From Lepidodermella squamata (Eukaryota > Animalia > Gastrotricha), in assembly GCA_047495785.1 (NCBI GenBank), contig JBLDXI010000009.1, positions 2,542,001 to 2,606,000 on the forward strand: a stretch of DNA of 64,000 nucleotides, read 5' to 3'. How positions within the stretch are numbered: the stretch's first letter is position 1; the number at the start of each line of letters is the position of its first letter. The notes beneath the pieces are model-generated. The model made no database searches. It was given only the letters and a program-made list of their open reading frames with translations, and was not told where the DNA came from. Positions 1 to 14,400 of this stretch are shown one piece after another. A program made the translations under genes and the position numbers.

Positions 1-1051
1 AGCAATTATCTTTAAGAAATATCCAAAGAAATTGTCTCGTGTACCTGACGTATCTTCGCAAGGCAGATGGCTGGCTGATGAAATCGATAGTAGCAGAAGA
101 ATGGCCCATACTATTATTTCAATCATATTATAAGGTCTACTGCGCGATAGAAATGAAATGAAAGTCGTTTTTAGAGTGCGCAGGTAACGATTTTCTTCTT
201 CATCTCAAAGGTTTTTTCTAGAGCTGGCTTGGGTAATGATTTCCGCCTCAGTTCTAAATAATAGATATAAAATGTAGTGCTGTTCTTTTTGCTTAAATTT
301 GAAACCTAAAAAGGTTAAAAAATGTGACTTGGGGTCCCAAAACATGCCCAGCAATCAATTTGATTTAGCAGTATTCATTTTATTGCAAAGGCTGGGTACT
401 TGCAGGTCCCAAGAGTTGACCTTGTAATCACCATACGTCATTTCTACCCATGATATCATGAGATCGCAGCTCTAAAAATGTCTCATTTAATAGGTTAATC
501 ACGGTGAAGGTTGCTGCAGATGCGTGGAAGTTAAATGAAACCAGCGAACCTTTATTTTCTTTTCTCGAACTTAAAGCGTCTAAAGCGTAATTCTAACTTA
601 AAGCGTCGGAACCATTGGAATATTTAATTTTCGTATTTTCAACAAAACCATCGGAAAATTCAAAGTTTTACTTAATATCAGTTTCCGTTGGGTTAAGACA
701 CCTTATATTATTTCAAATGTACGATCAAATGAGTCAAGCATTATATTACACTTATTCATAAATGATCGGCATCGTCCTGGAAGATGACCCGCGCTACGGC
801 CGCGAGTAACCACGGTTCTTCACAAAGCCTAAGCTCCCGACCTCGACCGTGACCTCGGCCTCGTGTCATATCATGCCGGACGCAGTGGTGCATCTTCAAC
901 ATTCTTCAACATCGTAAATGTGTCATTTTTCCCGAGATGGAGAAGCTTCTTTTTTTTTGTTTTTGTTTCTTATTTCTTGTACCGTTATTCTCACGGTTCA
1001 AGGCATGAATGTATGCTTTCTGCGTGAAAAATTGAAGCTGAAAGTTTTTAA

Positions 1052-1182
1052 GCGCATCAATGAGGAGTTTTAAGAAATTGACAATTTCAAGCATTCTTTT
1101 CACGATAGAACTCCTCAGTTTCTTGAAACTCATCAAAATGACGCGCATCAATTTCGCCTTCTGCGGCTTTTTGGCCACCCTG
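1052..1182. mobile_element. Truncated, diverged copy of the TA-flanked MITE at 35790-35960
   Basis: Ends ...GCGCATCAATTTCGCCTTCTGCGGCTTTTTGGCCACCCTG-TA, matching the TIR of the intact copy. Internal ATGAGGAGTTT and TTTCAAGCATT are also shared. Confidence 0.7.
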
Positions 1183-2502
1183 TAGGCGTTAGCATGATCG
1201 CACTAATAATGGAATGTCTTAACAACGTCGGAATTAAATCAGGGCTTGACAATATGCGAACTGAACGATCAATGGTGTAGGTCATGCAACCTGCACCGTG
1301 CACAGAGGTAAATAAGATGTCTAACAACCGTCGGAATATCCAATACCTGTCCGCGCGTTAATCTTCGCATGAAAGCAAATCATGATAACAGCGCAAACAA
1401 TGTATTCGATAGCAATAAATTGAGACCCGTCTAGCGATTTCGGCCCTATCTCTAGCCGCAGCCACTCGAAAATAGGGTGTTGTTGGTACTAACTCATTGA
1501 TAAAGCGTCACGTGTAACACGCGCCATCTATCATAGCCGTCATCGGAGGATGGCAGCATCAACTTTCTCAAATTCCGAAAATCCATCTCACCCGTTTTCA
1601 TCGCATCGAATGAATTTGATTTCGTTCGCTATTAGACACAGCGGCAAAGCTTTTCTGTTTCACACATAGAAACAATGCTAGAAAGGCAAATTGTATGAAC
1701 TTCTCCTAGCTTCTAGAACTAGCTTCCTAGAATAATCAGCCCTCGTGAGTGAAGCCAGGTTTAGCTGACAGTTTTTCTATTGTTGCACGGGAAATGGTCT
1801 AAAGAGGCATCTCAATTTCCCGGTTTTGTTTCCCTCGTCTACAAGGTCAGATTCTACTCACGTTACTGCCATTAGAATGGAAGGGTGTTCCGACGTTTTA
1901 AGATAATGTTACGATGAAATAGTCGCGTGTTCCGATTAAATAAATCAAAATAAGTCATTCCGATGGAATAATTTACTTTCCTTGCAATTTTTGTATTTCC
2001 GGCGCTTTAAGTCAAAATGGTACGAGAAAAGAAAATAAAAGTTCGATGATATTAGCTGAGTCCGATGCGTGACGCTATTATAGATAAATAGTTCATAGAA
2101 CTTGTTGCAGTTATTAATTAAATTTTTCCATGAACAGAAAACTATGTTTCAATAAACATTCGATAATTCGAAGGGTAAAGCGAAAATCCGATAGGTGATA
2201 TAATCTTCAAGGTCAGCGCACTGCGTTCTTCTGAATTTTGAAGGAGCTGCCTAGTTATTATTCTTGAATTTGAATAAATCGGATAAATAATTATATCAGC
2301 AATACCTTTATATGCCCAACGAAAACTTCGCCTATAATTGCGGGACAGTTTGATTACGGCGGTTTACTGCGCTATCTTTCATGCAGAACTCACTAGAGAA
2401 AGAGCTTGACTCCTGCAGTTTACCTCAAAAACCGCTGTGTTTTGTCGCAGTCAAATATTCCACATGAAATTTATTTAATTTTACCAAATAACTTGAAAAT
2501 GT

Positions 2503-4218
2503 TTACATCCTCGGGGTAAGTTTGACATGGACGCCTCCGATAGGTCGAAGCGGGCCATTTTTCGAGCCGACCTTCAGCTCGCCACCCGGGTAGCCACCAT
2601 CCGGCATATCGATCCGAAACCTAAGTAGCGTGTTAACAACAGTCTGTTTCATCTCGAGTAGAGCCAATCGCCGACCAAGGCAGATCCGAGGGCCGTAGCC
2701 GAAGCCGAGGAAAGCAGCGTTTGGTCTTGACTCGGCTTGCTCACCAAGAAAACGCTCCGGGTAAAAGCGATTAGTATCGACGGGCCCCCATAGCGCTTCG
2801 TTATGATGGACAGACATCGTATCGATTTGGACCATCTGAATGGATTTCGGTAAATTGATGCCGCAAATTGACGTGTCTGACATTACAAATCGATTGAAAA
2901 CATTGACGGCGACCGGGTAGAGTCGAATCGTTTCGTTGCAAACCGCGTCCAGATACGGCATTTGGTGATTAAGGACGTTATAGTCAATCTTCGGGAAACC
3001 ATCGCCACTTCCAGCTGATTTAGGGAATTTTTCCAGTATTTCCTGATACAATTTCTCCTGGAAATCTTGATTCTTGGCCAAAAGGTAAGATAGGAAGCTC
3101 AGCGTTGTGCTAGTCGTTTCGTAGCCGGCGATGAAAAGCGCAATGCACTGAGCTAGAATTTCGATTTCGGACATTGTTTTCCACTTGCTATTAGATCCAG
3201 GCTCAGTTTCGTCCGCTTTCGCATCAATCATCATTTGAAGGATATCGTTGAGTTTTGAGTCTGACTCTCGGCGTTGAGTGATCATTTGTTTGGCAGCTTT
3301 AACGACGTAGCCAAGGGCGGAAAATTTGCCGATGACATATTTGACTTGTAAAAAGAAAGCTTTTCGCATTAAAGGCAGAAGCTCTGACAAGAAAAATGCC
3401 AAGAATACGACGGGAGGAGGATCGGCAGCGATTTCCAAGTGTTGGCGAAGTTTTTCCAAGAAAATATTGCCCTTGCCGCGATTTTTGATGGATTGAAACT
3501 CTAGTCCGAAAGCCGTTTCAGCTATCACTTCCAGCGTCAAGTATTGGAAGCATTCGCGAATTTCAAAATCTTTCCCAGTCCTGAGAAGAAATAAAATTGT
3601 AAGAGGACAAACTGAGGTGAAGTGACCCTACCTAGCATTTTCTTTGAATAGTTCCATCAAATCAGCCTGACTTTTATCCAGAAGAGGCAAGTAAGATTTC
3701 AGCTTGGCAGAAGAGAACGCAGGATTCAAGATAGTTCGAACACGTTTCCAAGGTTCCCCGCGTTGCAGTAGAATGACATGTGCCAAGAAAAATTCATCCA
3801 GCTCATTGGGCTCAGGTTGAATCGGAAATAACTTGAATTGACATGAATTATAAGAATTTTTAAATTAATAAGTTTTTCTCACCATGTGCCCCTGAAAATC
3901 AGAGGCTTGTTTGACGCAAATCTGATCGATTGCTTCCACGCTGCTCGTGATCAAAATTGGCGTTGCGCCGAAATAAATGCCGTAAAAATCGCCGTATTTC
4001 TTCGACCATTCAGCAATGACTAAGTGACGATCCTCGCGGAATATCTGGTGTACATTACCGAGTAACCAATGGGGCTCAGGACCGGGAATGCCAAGGTTCT
4101 TGAAAACTCGTTGGCAACAGAATTTTCGGTACAAATAAAAGGCACCGACGAAGCCAATAAAGCCGGCGGTTGCCAGTTGAATCATGCTCAGCTGATTAAA
4201 ATCGACACCAAGCTCCAT
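2503..4218 (-). CDS. Cytochrome P450, clan 3 (CYP3A/CYP5/CYP13-like), paralogue 1. Exons 4218-3883, 3831-3632, 3580-2503
   Basis: N-terminal TM anchor plus IPGPEP, WKRVR C-helix, AGYETT I-helix, ETIR, PERF, FGYGPRICLG heme motif. GT-AG introns join in frame. Confidence 0.95.
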
Positions 4219-4880
4219 TTGGTCAAAAGGTTGAAATTAGGTTAAAATTGAAATGTGTTCAATTCCAAATGCTAGTAGAATCAAGCTCGCGTTATTGCTG
4301 CATGTGTTGCGTGGACAGCTTGTTATATACTGTCTCTATAGCTGTCTACACAGCAGTGAACAAATTACAAACTATGACCTACATTGAAGACACTGGCCTT
4401 TGCCAGTTTCATTTCATGCGAACCAGTTTTTTATATCTTTTCAAGCTGTTATTTGAGGTGCCACTGAAGGAAATCTGACACCTCAGCATGGTAATATGGG
4501 CCGGAATACACGCTGCTCTTGTTTCTGAATTTGCCACAACATGAGACACGGTTAAACTTTATCAGCTTAAAATTAAGCATAAATCCAGCGGAAAAAATCT
4601 CTGGCCGTTCGCAGGTTATCGGTTATATCTTTTCACACTCGAATTAAGAATTATTATTGGAATCAAAGCGCCGAATTGCACGAAATTATTCCTCGGGGTC
4701 TTTCCAACAATTTTTTATTCAACATTTTATATTTCTTTTATTCCTATTATTTCAAATAACAAGGATGGCAATGTTGACCTTGACCCGTCACATTGTCATA
4801 AACTATCATTTCATAAAACTGATAGGAAAACATGAGTCAAATTAAATTATAAATTCAGAGTTCAGAACGCAAAGAAAAAT

Positions 4881-6844
4881 TTAGTCTCTCGGAACGAGCT
4901 TGACATGGACTCCTCCAATAGGTCGAAGCGGGCCGTTATTCGAGCCGACCTTCATCTCACCGCCCGGGTAGCCGCCATCTGGCAAATCGATCCGGAATTT
5001 CAGGAGCATGTTAACAATTGTCAGTTTCAACTCGAGTAGAGCCAATCGCCGACCAAGGCAGATTCTAGGACCATAGCCAAAGCCAAGGAAAGCAGCATTA
5101 GGTCTCGAATCGGCTTGCTCACCCAGAAATCGGTCCGGATAAAACCGATTAGTATCCACCGGACCCCAAAGAGCTTCGTTGCGATGAATAGACCACGTAT
5201 CAACCTGAACAAATTGGATGGATTTTGGTATGGTGATACCGCATACAGACGTGTCGGACATGACAAATCGATTGACAACGTTGAAGCCAACAGGGTAGAG
5301 TCGAAGCGTTTCATTGCAAACTGCGTCAAGGTACGGCATTTGGTGGTTGAGGATGTCGTAGTCAATTTTCGGGGAACCATCCCGATTTCCAGCCGCACTA
5401 GGCAATTTTTCTAGGATTTCTTGATACAACTTCCCCTGAGCATCTTGATTTTTCGCCAAGAGGTAAGATATAAAGCTGAGTGATGTACTTGTGGTTTCGT
5501 AGCCGGCGATGAACAGAGAGATGCATTGAGATAGAACTTCGAGTTCTGACATGGTTTTCGATTTCAATTCCGCTCCAGGTTCATTTCCCTCGGGCTTTGC
5601 ATCGATCATCATTTGAAGGATGTCATTTCGGCTTGACTTAGACTCGCGACGTTGAGAAATGATTTGCGTGACTGCTTTAGCGACGTAGCCAACCGGGCCG
5701 AAGAGACCCGCCAAGAAGTTGAATTGAAGTATGAACATTCGTCGCATTAGAGGAAGAAGTTCGGACATGAAAAATGCAGCGAAAACAATAGCAGGTGGAT
5801 CGGTGGCTGCTTCGACAAACTGGCGTAGCTTTTCCAAGATAACATTGCCCTTTCCTCGACTTTTGACGGCCTTGAACTCTAATCCAAAAGCGGTTTCAGC
5901 AATTACTTCCAAGGTCAAGTATTGAAAACACTCGCGAATTTCGAAGTCTTTGCCAGTTCTGAAATTCGAGAAAATCATTCAAATAATCAAATTAATTATT
6001 AAAATCAAATTAATTAATTAAAAATTTAATTAAAAACAAATTAATTAAAAAAAATCAAGCAATGCTTAAGTTACAATTTTGCAGAATATTGACGGCGAAA
6101 TTATTCAGACCCAATTGTTAGCAAAATTAAAAACGTGGGAAATGGTTTGGCTATCTTGGCCATCTTTATGACGAGAAATTGTCCCTTGTAAATATTTTTT
6201 AAATTTTATGGATAATTTTCTGAATTGTCAGCCTATTTCACGTCTAATTACCTTGATTTCTCATCGAGAAGTTGCATCATATCAGTTTGGCTTTGCTGAA
6301 GAAGAGACATGAAAGATTTCAGTTTCCCAGACGAAAACGCGGGGTTCAGAATATTTCGAAGGCGTTTCCAATGCTCTCCTTGCTGTATAATCACAGAATG
6401 TGCCATGAAAAACTTCTCTTCCGGGTTACCCGGCTCAGGTTGAATAGGAAGTAACTGTCATCGAAAAAATGAACAATTCACACAAAATAAAGCAGAGATT
6501 TTGCATACCATGCGGCCTTGAAATTCATAAAATTGCTTGACAAATATCTGCTCAATAGCTTCAAGGCTGCTCGTGATCAAAACTGGCGTAGCGCCAAGGT
6601 AAATTCCGTAAAATTCGCCGTATTTCTTCGACCATTCAGCGGTAATCAAATGGCGATCGTTGTGAAGCAATTGGCGGGCATTTCCGAACAACCAATGCGG
6701 CTCAGGCCCAGGGATGCCTAGCTTTTTGAAAACTCGGTGACACCAAAATTTCCGGTACAAATAGAAAGCGCCGATGAAGCCAATAAAACCGGTGGCTGCT
6801 AGCTGAATCACACTCAGCTGATTAAAATTGACACCAAGGGTCAT
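4881..6844 (-). CDS. Cytochrome P450, clan 3, paralogue 2. Exons 6844-6509, 6454-6252, 5958-4881
   Basis: Same motifs (AGYETT, ETLR, PDRF, FGYGPRICLG) and same intron positions as paralogue 1. Confidence 0.95.
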
Positions 6845-8490
6845 TTTTTAATATAGCCGTTAACAGTTGAAATTATTCGCGTCGAAAAATAGCAGAGAAT
6901 CATGCTAATACCTAGCGTGCGTGAGCAGCCTATTTATATGCTGGCGGACAGGCTATTTTTTGCCGCTAAACAGTTATGGCCTACATGGTAGACACTGCCC
7001 TATTTTTCTGTTGAGTTTTTTTATCTGTCTTTCTGTCACTCGTGCATTTATTATACGTAGCGAGCGTGGTTTCATTTCGGACAAAAAATATCTTTTCAGC
7101 TTTGCGGTTTTAAAGGTGAATACAAATTTTGAAATGTTCACTGCACCAAAAGTAATTAAAAAATGTCCCAAATAAGAGCATCTCAAATCAGCCACGGTAA
7201 ATAAATTCCTTTTTTACCTGACAGATAATTGCGAAAAGCTTATTTCTGTACAGAACAGTGTAACCGGTAAGAACTGTGTATGGTTAATTTTGACATGGTT
7301 TTCTGCTCTAGAAAACCCGGAAAAAATATAGGTTTTAGTTTATTGAATTAACAATGTCCAGACTGTTACTAAGTAGCAGCTTGCCAAATGACAACGGATA
7401 ATACAGGTTTGCTTAGTTTTTCCAATATAGGTGGTTGTTGACTACCGTCATTTGGGGCAAAATGAACCTTTGGGGTTAATTGGCCAAAAATTGAGATTTT
7501 TATGTTCATATCGATGGCTCAAAAACTACAAGGCCAAACTTCACAATAAAATTTACGGGGACGATTATCAACCAGCCTTCTACATGCCTGCAAATTTGTA
7601 GCCAGGTATGTCCCAAAATGAGGTCACAGCATGTTCTTGTATAAAGGTGAGGTTAGGGAGGTAAAAATGACCCCTTTTAATTGAATTAGCTGGAACAAAT
7701 AACGAGGTTTCATGTTAACTTGACATTTCTTCCTTCGACCATTTTCGTCGTAGATGACAGCAAAAAAAACCGCGACCCCAGGCGATGCACAGGTATGGAT
7801 GGCTAGGTGATTGAGGCCAAATTACTCCATAGAAAACTCAATGAGTCTAATTGGCCACCGTCATCCTTATAATGGGTTTTTAATATTCAGTGATTGTGAG
7901 GGTTGAATGGTCGAGTGGTTGTAATGTGTCATCAGAACTGGTGTGATCTGATGAGCGACGGTTCTTAAATAACCTAGGTATCTACCACTGATGCTTTCAG
8001 AATGCAAAAACGCCATTACACGCTATTTAGGGGCGGGCTGAAACATTTTGCGTTGAAATCGGTTACTCGCGAGTGGGAAAATGCGATATTCAGCACGCGA
8101 ATAAAACTATTTTATTGAGCGAGAAGATGTTCACCAGGCAAGCAAATTTCAGGAAACCATTTCACACACAATCATTAAACTAGTCACCCTCTCTATATTG
8201 TTATCTGCACACTAACTGCACTTACAATTTCTCGGTGCACCAGGGCTAGCATTCACCTGCACCTCGAACAATCATATTAAGTGAAACATGACGATTCAGA
8301 AAAAATTTGAAAGAATAAACATTAGTATGTCTCAAGCTTGTTTCGGTGGAGGTGCCGACTCAATTGATCAATCCTAAGCACAGATCGATGTTTTTCTGGA
8401 ACAGGTAGTACTTGTTGTACCGATTGACCTGGTAGTTCAGAGGTCATAAAAATACTTCAAACGGCATCACGATTATAAGCTTACCTCCAA

Positions 8491-11400
8491 CTCATTTGCA
8501 ACACACTTGCCATCACATCTGATGCCTCTGCTAGCCGAATAGCACTTCCTGGCAGTCTGAAGAAACGTGGAGGAAACTCATGAATAAATAATAGTTAATT
8601 TTGAGATCCTGAAAAATTTACCGCAATGGTGCATTTGGCTTCATAAACAGTGCCATGGCTTAGGAATGTGAATTCAGTTGCGTTGTTGCACTGACGACGG
8701 CAAGATACAAATCGCTTTGTGGCTATCGAACCGCATCGGACACGGACGTTGTCTGACGAAGAGTTGCTCGATGTTGAATTTGTGGTGTTTACTGAAAAAA
8801 CATATAATCTCAACGCCAGTCTGTTAATTGGCTTACAAAAACTAGCGTTGGTTGCTATCGCTGAAAGTTAAAGAACAAAGAAATACCGATGGGAGTTATT
8901 GGTACATTTGTGCCATTCTGCGGCCCGTCTGCAGTTATACAATACAACCCAGTCGGTTTAGAATCGGGATTGCGGAGGTAATTTGCCGATTCGTTGACAA
9001 GACCTCTCGGAAATTTGAGCATCTCGTAGAAATCCGTAACCCAGTCGGTGATTGGCGGCCATGGCAGACAATTCGTGCCGTTAGCTGTCGTACTAGCCTT
9101 GCCTTCGTAGTCGTAACCACTCGTCGTCAGCCTCAGTTCTTGCTTGTCGTCCGACGGGCAGCTTGATCTTGCGATAAGCCTGAACCCCTTGCCTGGAGTC
9201 TTTGAATTGGCTTTGAAGTACACAACGGCTGTGTTGTTGTTCGTTTCGTAGATTTTACCCGAGGTGACGCCATAAGAGCAAAATCTGGGATACGGCAACG
9301 TGCCATCATCCGAATTCCGAAATTCGACGTAATCAAAACATGAGTCATTGTAGATCGAGTAGCCATCGGTGACTATAATATAGAAACAGATTTAAACGGA
9401 AAGTTACAAGTGAAAATTTGAAAGACAGCCAGTTCGTTATTATTTCGAGCACTTTATTAGTTATACTACGAGCACTAAAACTAATGCGCGAGCGCTTAAC
9501 ACTTTAACTGCCAAAAATTAACTGCGAGATCGATATTTGGATCCAAATCCTGGGTCTGTCAATAAAATTCCTTCTTTTCGGGTCAACGACGCGTCATAGG
9601 GCAAAATGCCTGGCTGCAAAATGTAGCCCATGGCCCGGCGGTTCCGTTGACACAGAATTTGGGGAAATAAAATTGAAATAAATCATTTTCACTTCAAGTC
9701 AAACGAGCGCTGTTTTTACTTTTGTGTGCAATTTTCACGGTTAAAAGTCACTGCCAATGCGGTTTGAAACTCAAATTTTGCGGTATCAAATAATCGCAAT
9801 TTCATTAGCTTTTCGATCACATCGTTGGCTGGCACGTGATCTATAAAATTCTCCTCCTTGTAAATAGAAATGATAGATTTCGAAATTATAAAATTCTCAA
9901 ATATTGCCAAAATCCTCCTAAAATTATGAATTATACAACGAATCGTGTCACTGCGGCAGTTTCAAGCCACCCTATATTCTATATTGCAGTACGGAAAAAA
10001 TACTTCAGCAAATTCAAAAATCTGAAAATGTCGATAGACTCGAGGTATTTCTCATGACTCTCGAGCGATTCCGAGTATTAGAGTGTTGTAGTCCGAGTAG
10101 CCCCAAATTTTAAAATTAATGGCCTGATATTAATGTGAGACAATTCTTCCTAAAATATGATACTAACAACACATAAATTTTCATCCGCAATTTAGACATG
10201 TTAAATTTCGATTCCGAATTTTATTTTTTCAAAAATTTTGTCACTCGTTTTCCTCGGGGAAAATTATCAAAATATTTGAATAATTTTCACAGCAACCTAA
10301 AAGCAAGGTACTAGGCACCCATAGACCTCAATCGAGCTAATTTTGAGGTTTTTCTCCAAGAGCCAGACTCGCTCTCTAGCTAAATCTTTCGAATTTGTTT
10401 TAAAAATGGATAAAACAGCGCATTCAGCCTTTCGTGAAAATGATTGCGCAACAGTGAACGTAATTAACTTGGATAATTATGGGTAGTCTAGTGTAAATGC
10501 GACGTCTATCATCTCTATGATAATTACGAAGTAGCGCGTGTAAATGAATTGTTTCGTTAATTTTGAGAGGTTTGGAGCGTATGTCAGTTGGAAATCTTCA
10601 AAGATTTCTCGCTTCGCTCGCTTTTTAGTTGAAATTCCGCAAATATAGCATAACTTTTTTTCCATCCCTGGCAGCTCCGGGATCCAACCCTGTGTTCACG
10701 CGAGGAACCAGCAGATTGGAAATTTGTTTAATTTCTCGTTGGTCAAAACTCAAAATCCATAGGACAATAACGGAATCGCGCCTTAGGGATTTTGGGATAA
10801 AGTGCACTGGGCTAATCGATTAATTGAAAAATTACCTATTCCCGTCGTCAGATCAGGTTTTCCGTCAAAGCCAAACACGATGCCCGGCTGAAAAGAGCTT
10901 TGATTATCGAGTAGAAGGGCGAAAATAAAATTACCACGGAGCTGATTACGCGCCACGAGCAACTGCTACCAATTGGATAAGGGTTTGGATAATTCGGCGA
11001 TTGAATGGCTGTTGAAGTGCAAGGTGGCAGATTGAGAACACCACCACAAGTTTCACCAGCAAATGGCGGCAAAGAGTCACAGGTTGGGCCGCCGAAACCT
11101 GGCGGGCACAAGCACTGAGCGCAAGCTTTTGGATTGCGGTAGCCACCATGCTTGCAGTCAGGAGCTGAGCCATTGCAATTCGCTGAAAACGCACAAGCAA
11201 TAAAATAACACATTGCCACAGCTAAACGCACCTAGGCAGTCGTACAGCATGTTGAAGTATTTAATATTGTTGAACGTTGGAAAGGCTCCATTCATCGCAC
11301 CGACGTAGCGCCAGTCTTTCGGTATGAATTCGACGCCGCCGTCGACTGTAGGATGGGACATTGTGACTGAGGCATAGTCGAATGGCACACCGTAGTCGAC

Positions 11401-14400
11401 GAAATTGTCTTCTTGGTAATTCCACCTAAAATCAGAATAATGCTGGATAAAAAGCGAATTTTTCGTTCAAAATCTTACCAATAGGTATCCCTCAGAATAT
11501 CTATGTACTGCAATCGATCTGATCGAGTGTGCTCAAGGGGCTGAAATTCACCAAAAATGATGTACATATCAATTATAGCTAAACTAAAACCTATGCTATA
11601 AACATGCACTAAAAATATTATATTTGTATGCTATATAACATGAGTAAAGAGTTCATAAACGATTTACGAATGTTATATCTTACAAATATCGAATTGGCCA
11701 AGCTACTCGACCTATATTTTTCGAAGTAACTTCAAATCATCGGAACAACAATAACTTTCAGCGAACCATTTTAACTTAAACCATCGGACTTATCGGAATT
11801 ATTAGTTATACCCGAAAAACGTCTATTTTCATCGGAAAAGCATTATTCTGTTATTATAAAATATTTTTCTATATTTAGGAAACTTACCACGCCAATCAGG
11901 ATAGCCACGACGCGATGGATGCCCTGGATGATAAAATAAATATCGTTAGCGACGCGCCAAAACAACCACTTTGATGACTCATTCGATTTGCATTCGATCG
12001 TACTTAGACGAGCCGAACATAAAGAAGGGTACGTTCGGCTTATTTGAGCACTAGTCGTACTTAACGTAATTTGAACTTGGTCGAACGTACTTTCCACTTT
12101 CCATAAACAAGCTATAAATAGTAACGTGGTTGTTTTGGCGTGTCGCTAACGATATAACAATGAAGTAAATGTCTGCTGGATATACTGATGAGATCGCTAT
12201 GGAGACCAAGATGGAGACGCATTAGCATTTATCGAGACATATCAATTGAAAACTACGATATTACCAGTTTTATTAAGATCATTTGCAATTCTTATCGTTT
12301 AAATTGAGATGCGTTATTTTTCTAGGAATTGACTGACCTCTTTGGTTGAGTAAGCTTCCTGGAAGTTCCTTATTTTTCCAGACGGTAGATTCAATGATGA
12401 TCTGAAAAATTGAAGCGGTCATTAAGTATAATTTTCACAAGGTTTCCGCTTTTATTTCATCTTTGATTTTTATAATGAGTGTTGTAGAAATAGAAATTAC
12501 GTTTATGAACTAAAAAAAATAGTTGCTATTCTGTTTTCTATCGGTCCGCCTACGCTTGCAACCTATTAATCATGGATCATGAGCCATATAGCTCATTCGA
12601 TACAGGTTGAAGCCTGGAAAATCGTGAGGTCTGAAATGATTGGGAATAGCTTTTCCGACTGCGGAATCACTACTTCATGAAAAGTATAGGTAGTTAAACC
12701 TTGCAAGTCTTTTGGAGGCGGCTCATATCAACCTATGGGCTTGATCAAAGCGATGATGTGACGTTTCGGGGTTAATAATTGCCTCCCTAAATTAAAAGCC
12801 CCCTCGAATAAAATTGCCCGCCGATTTTTCACTATTTTTTGAGCTCGGAAAAAATTAATAGCCATGGCTAATCGATGTAAAACGGTATTTCGGTTATTTT
12901 GTTGGATAATGGATATGAATTTTTAGGGTTTTTTTTAGTATTTTAAACTCCAGTTATAATGTAAACATATATGGCTTGTATACAAGCCATATATGCTATA
13001 GCAACGAAATACCAAAGCAAAAATTCAATTTTAGAAGGAATTGTTACTTCCAGTAACCTCTATTCCAGATAGTAATAAGGAAATTGAGGAAATTGACTTT
13101 GATCATGGTGTTGGGTATGCGGAAAAAACTAGTTCCATACTGCAGAAAAATATGAGGAATGGAGCCGGGCCGCCAACCAGAAAGCCAACCAGAAAGGCCG
13201 CCGAATGTTGAACCGGTCCTGAACCTACACCGTTTCTGTGCATGGATTTCTCGAATATGGGAAAATGTCTAGAAATGTTGGTCTAAAAATTAAAATTTCT
13301 CTTTATAAATCGACGCAGATTTAAGATGTAAGCCCAAAATAAAATCAAATGTATCTAAAAGATTGGCTCCACGAGAAGCAAACTGGAGGAGAAGACTCTC
13401 ATAATTAAAAGCAAGCAGAGATGAGGCCTCAGATAACTGGCACGAGTCAAAACCCACACTTGGAAGACAGATTCTTGAAATGAAACATAAAATGTGGTAG
13501 CGTTGCATACACATCGTCCTGGTAAACGATCGCATTGGTGGGGTCGGAGACATTTACAACCGCGAAATCGAAGCACGTGTGTTGCTTCCAAAAGTCGAAC
13601 ACAGCAATACAATCGGTTTTGAAGGAAGCCGCTATAAATTTCATTGAAGATGATTCGCTTCAATAAGGTTTCATATTAGATAGCTTACGGCTATACTTTT
13701 CGTTGAAGTAGATGCTCATCGGCAGTTGCCAAGTTTTCAGACCAACAGCAGCGACTATAGGTTCGTCAACTGGACCGTGGTATCGCATCATGTATTGATT
13801 GTAAAAAGATTGTGCTGTTGCCAAGTCTAAAGTCTTCTCTCGCTTGCCGATGATATACCCTTCGAAAGAGACCTGAAATAAAAACAAAAAAGAGTTGTTG
13901 TACCGATTACTGCAAGCGCGCTTTCGCGACTACGGCATAAAAAATGTCTGAGCCGTTAACGTAAACAAGACACGTGCTATGAAATGGTTCGGACATCGTA
14001 AAAAATAACTAGGTATTTAAGAGGCACAAACACTCCTTTAAAATTTCGAATCTTTCCGGGTGCCTAGCCAATTGTTGTCAAAGCAAGACAAGGTTGCAAT
14101 ATAAGACGAAAAAACAACGAAACGCTTTTTCTTCATAAGTAAAATTACTTATGACAATATTCGGAGCGGAAGGTGAGTTGGGTCATCACGGCAAACGCCA
14201 AGGACACAAAGTCGAAGGTGGCGACGGAACGAGCGGGTGTCAGGTAAGCGGTACAGCACCTTCAGAAAGACAGCCCTGTACGGCAAACAACCGAGTGGAA
14301 CCATGGAAGATTTAGACCAAAGCGATTGAGCACATATTCAATGTGGGGCTTCCAGGTCAACTTCTCATCGAACAGAATGCCCAGCAGTATTTCAAGGGGT

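Noticed and set aside
906-1178. 90-aa basic ORF
   Set aside because: GTG start; mostly derived from a MITE remnant and a poly-T tract.
2503-6844. P450s as split or pseudogenised ORFs, or as thromboxane synthase
   Set aside because: The fragments join in frame via canonical introns, and the I-helix Thr is retained, unlike CYP5A1.
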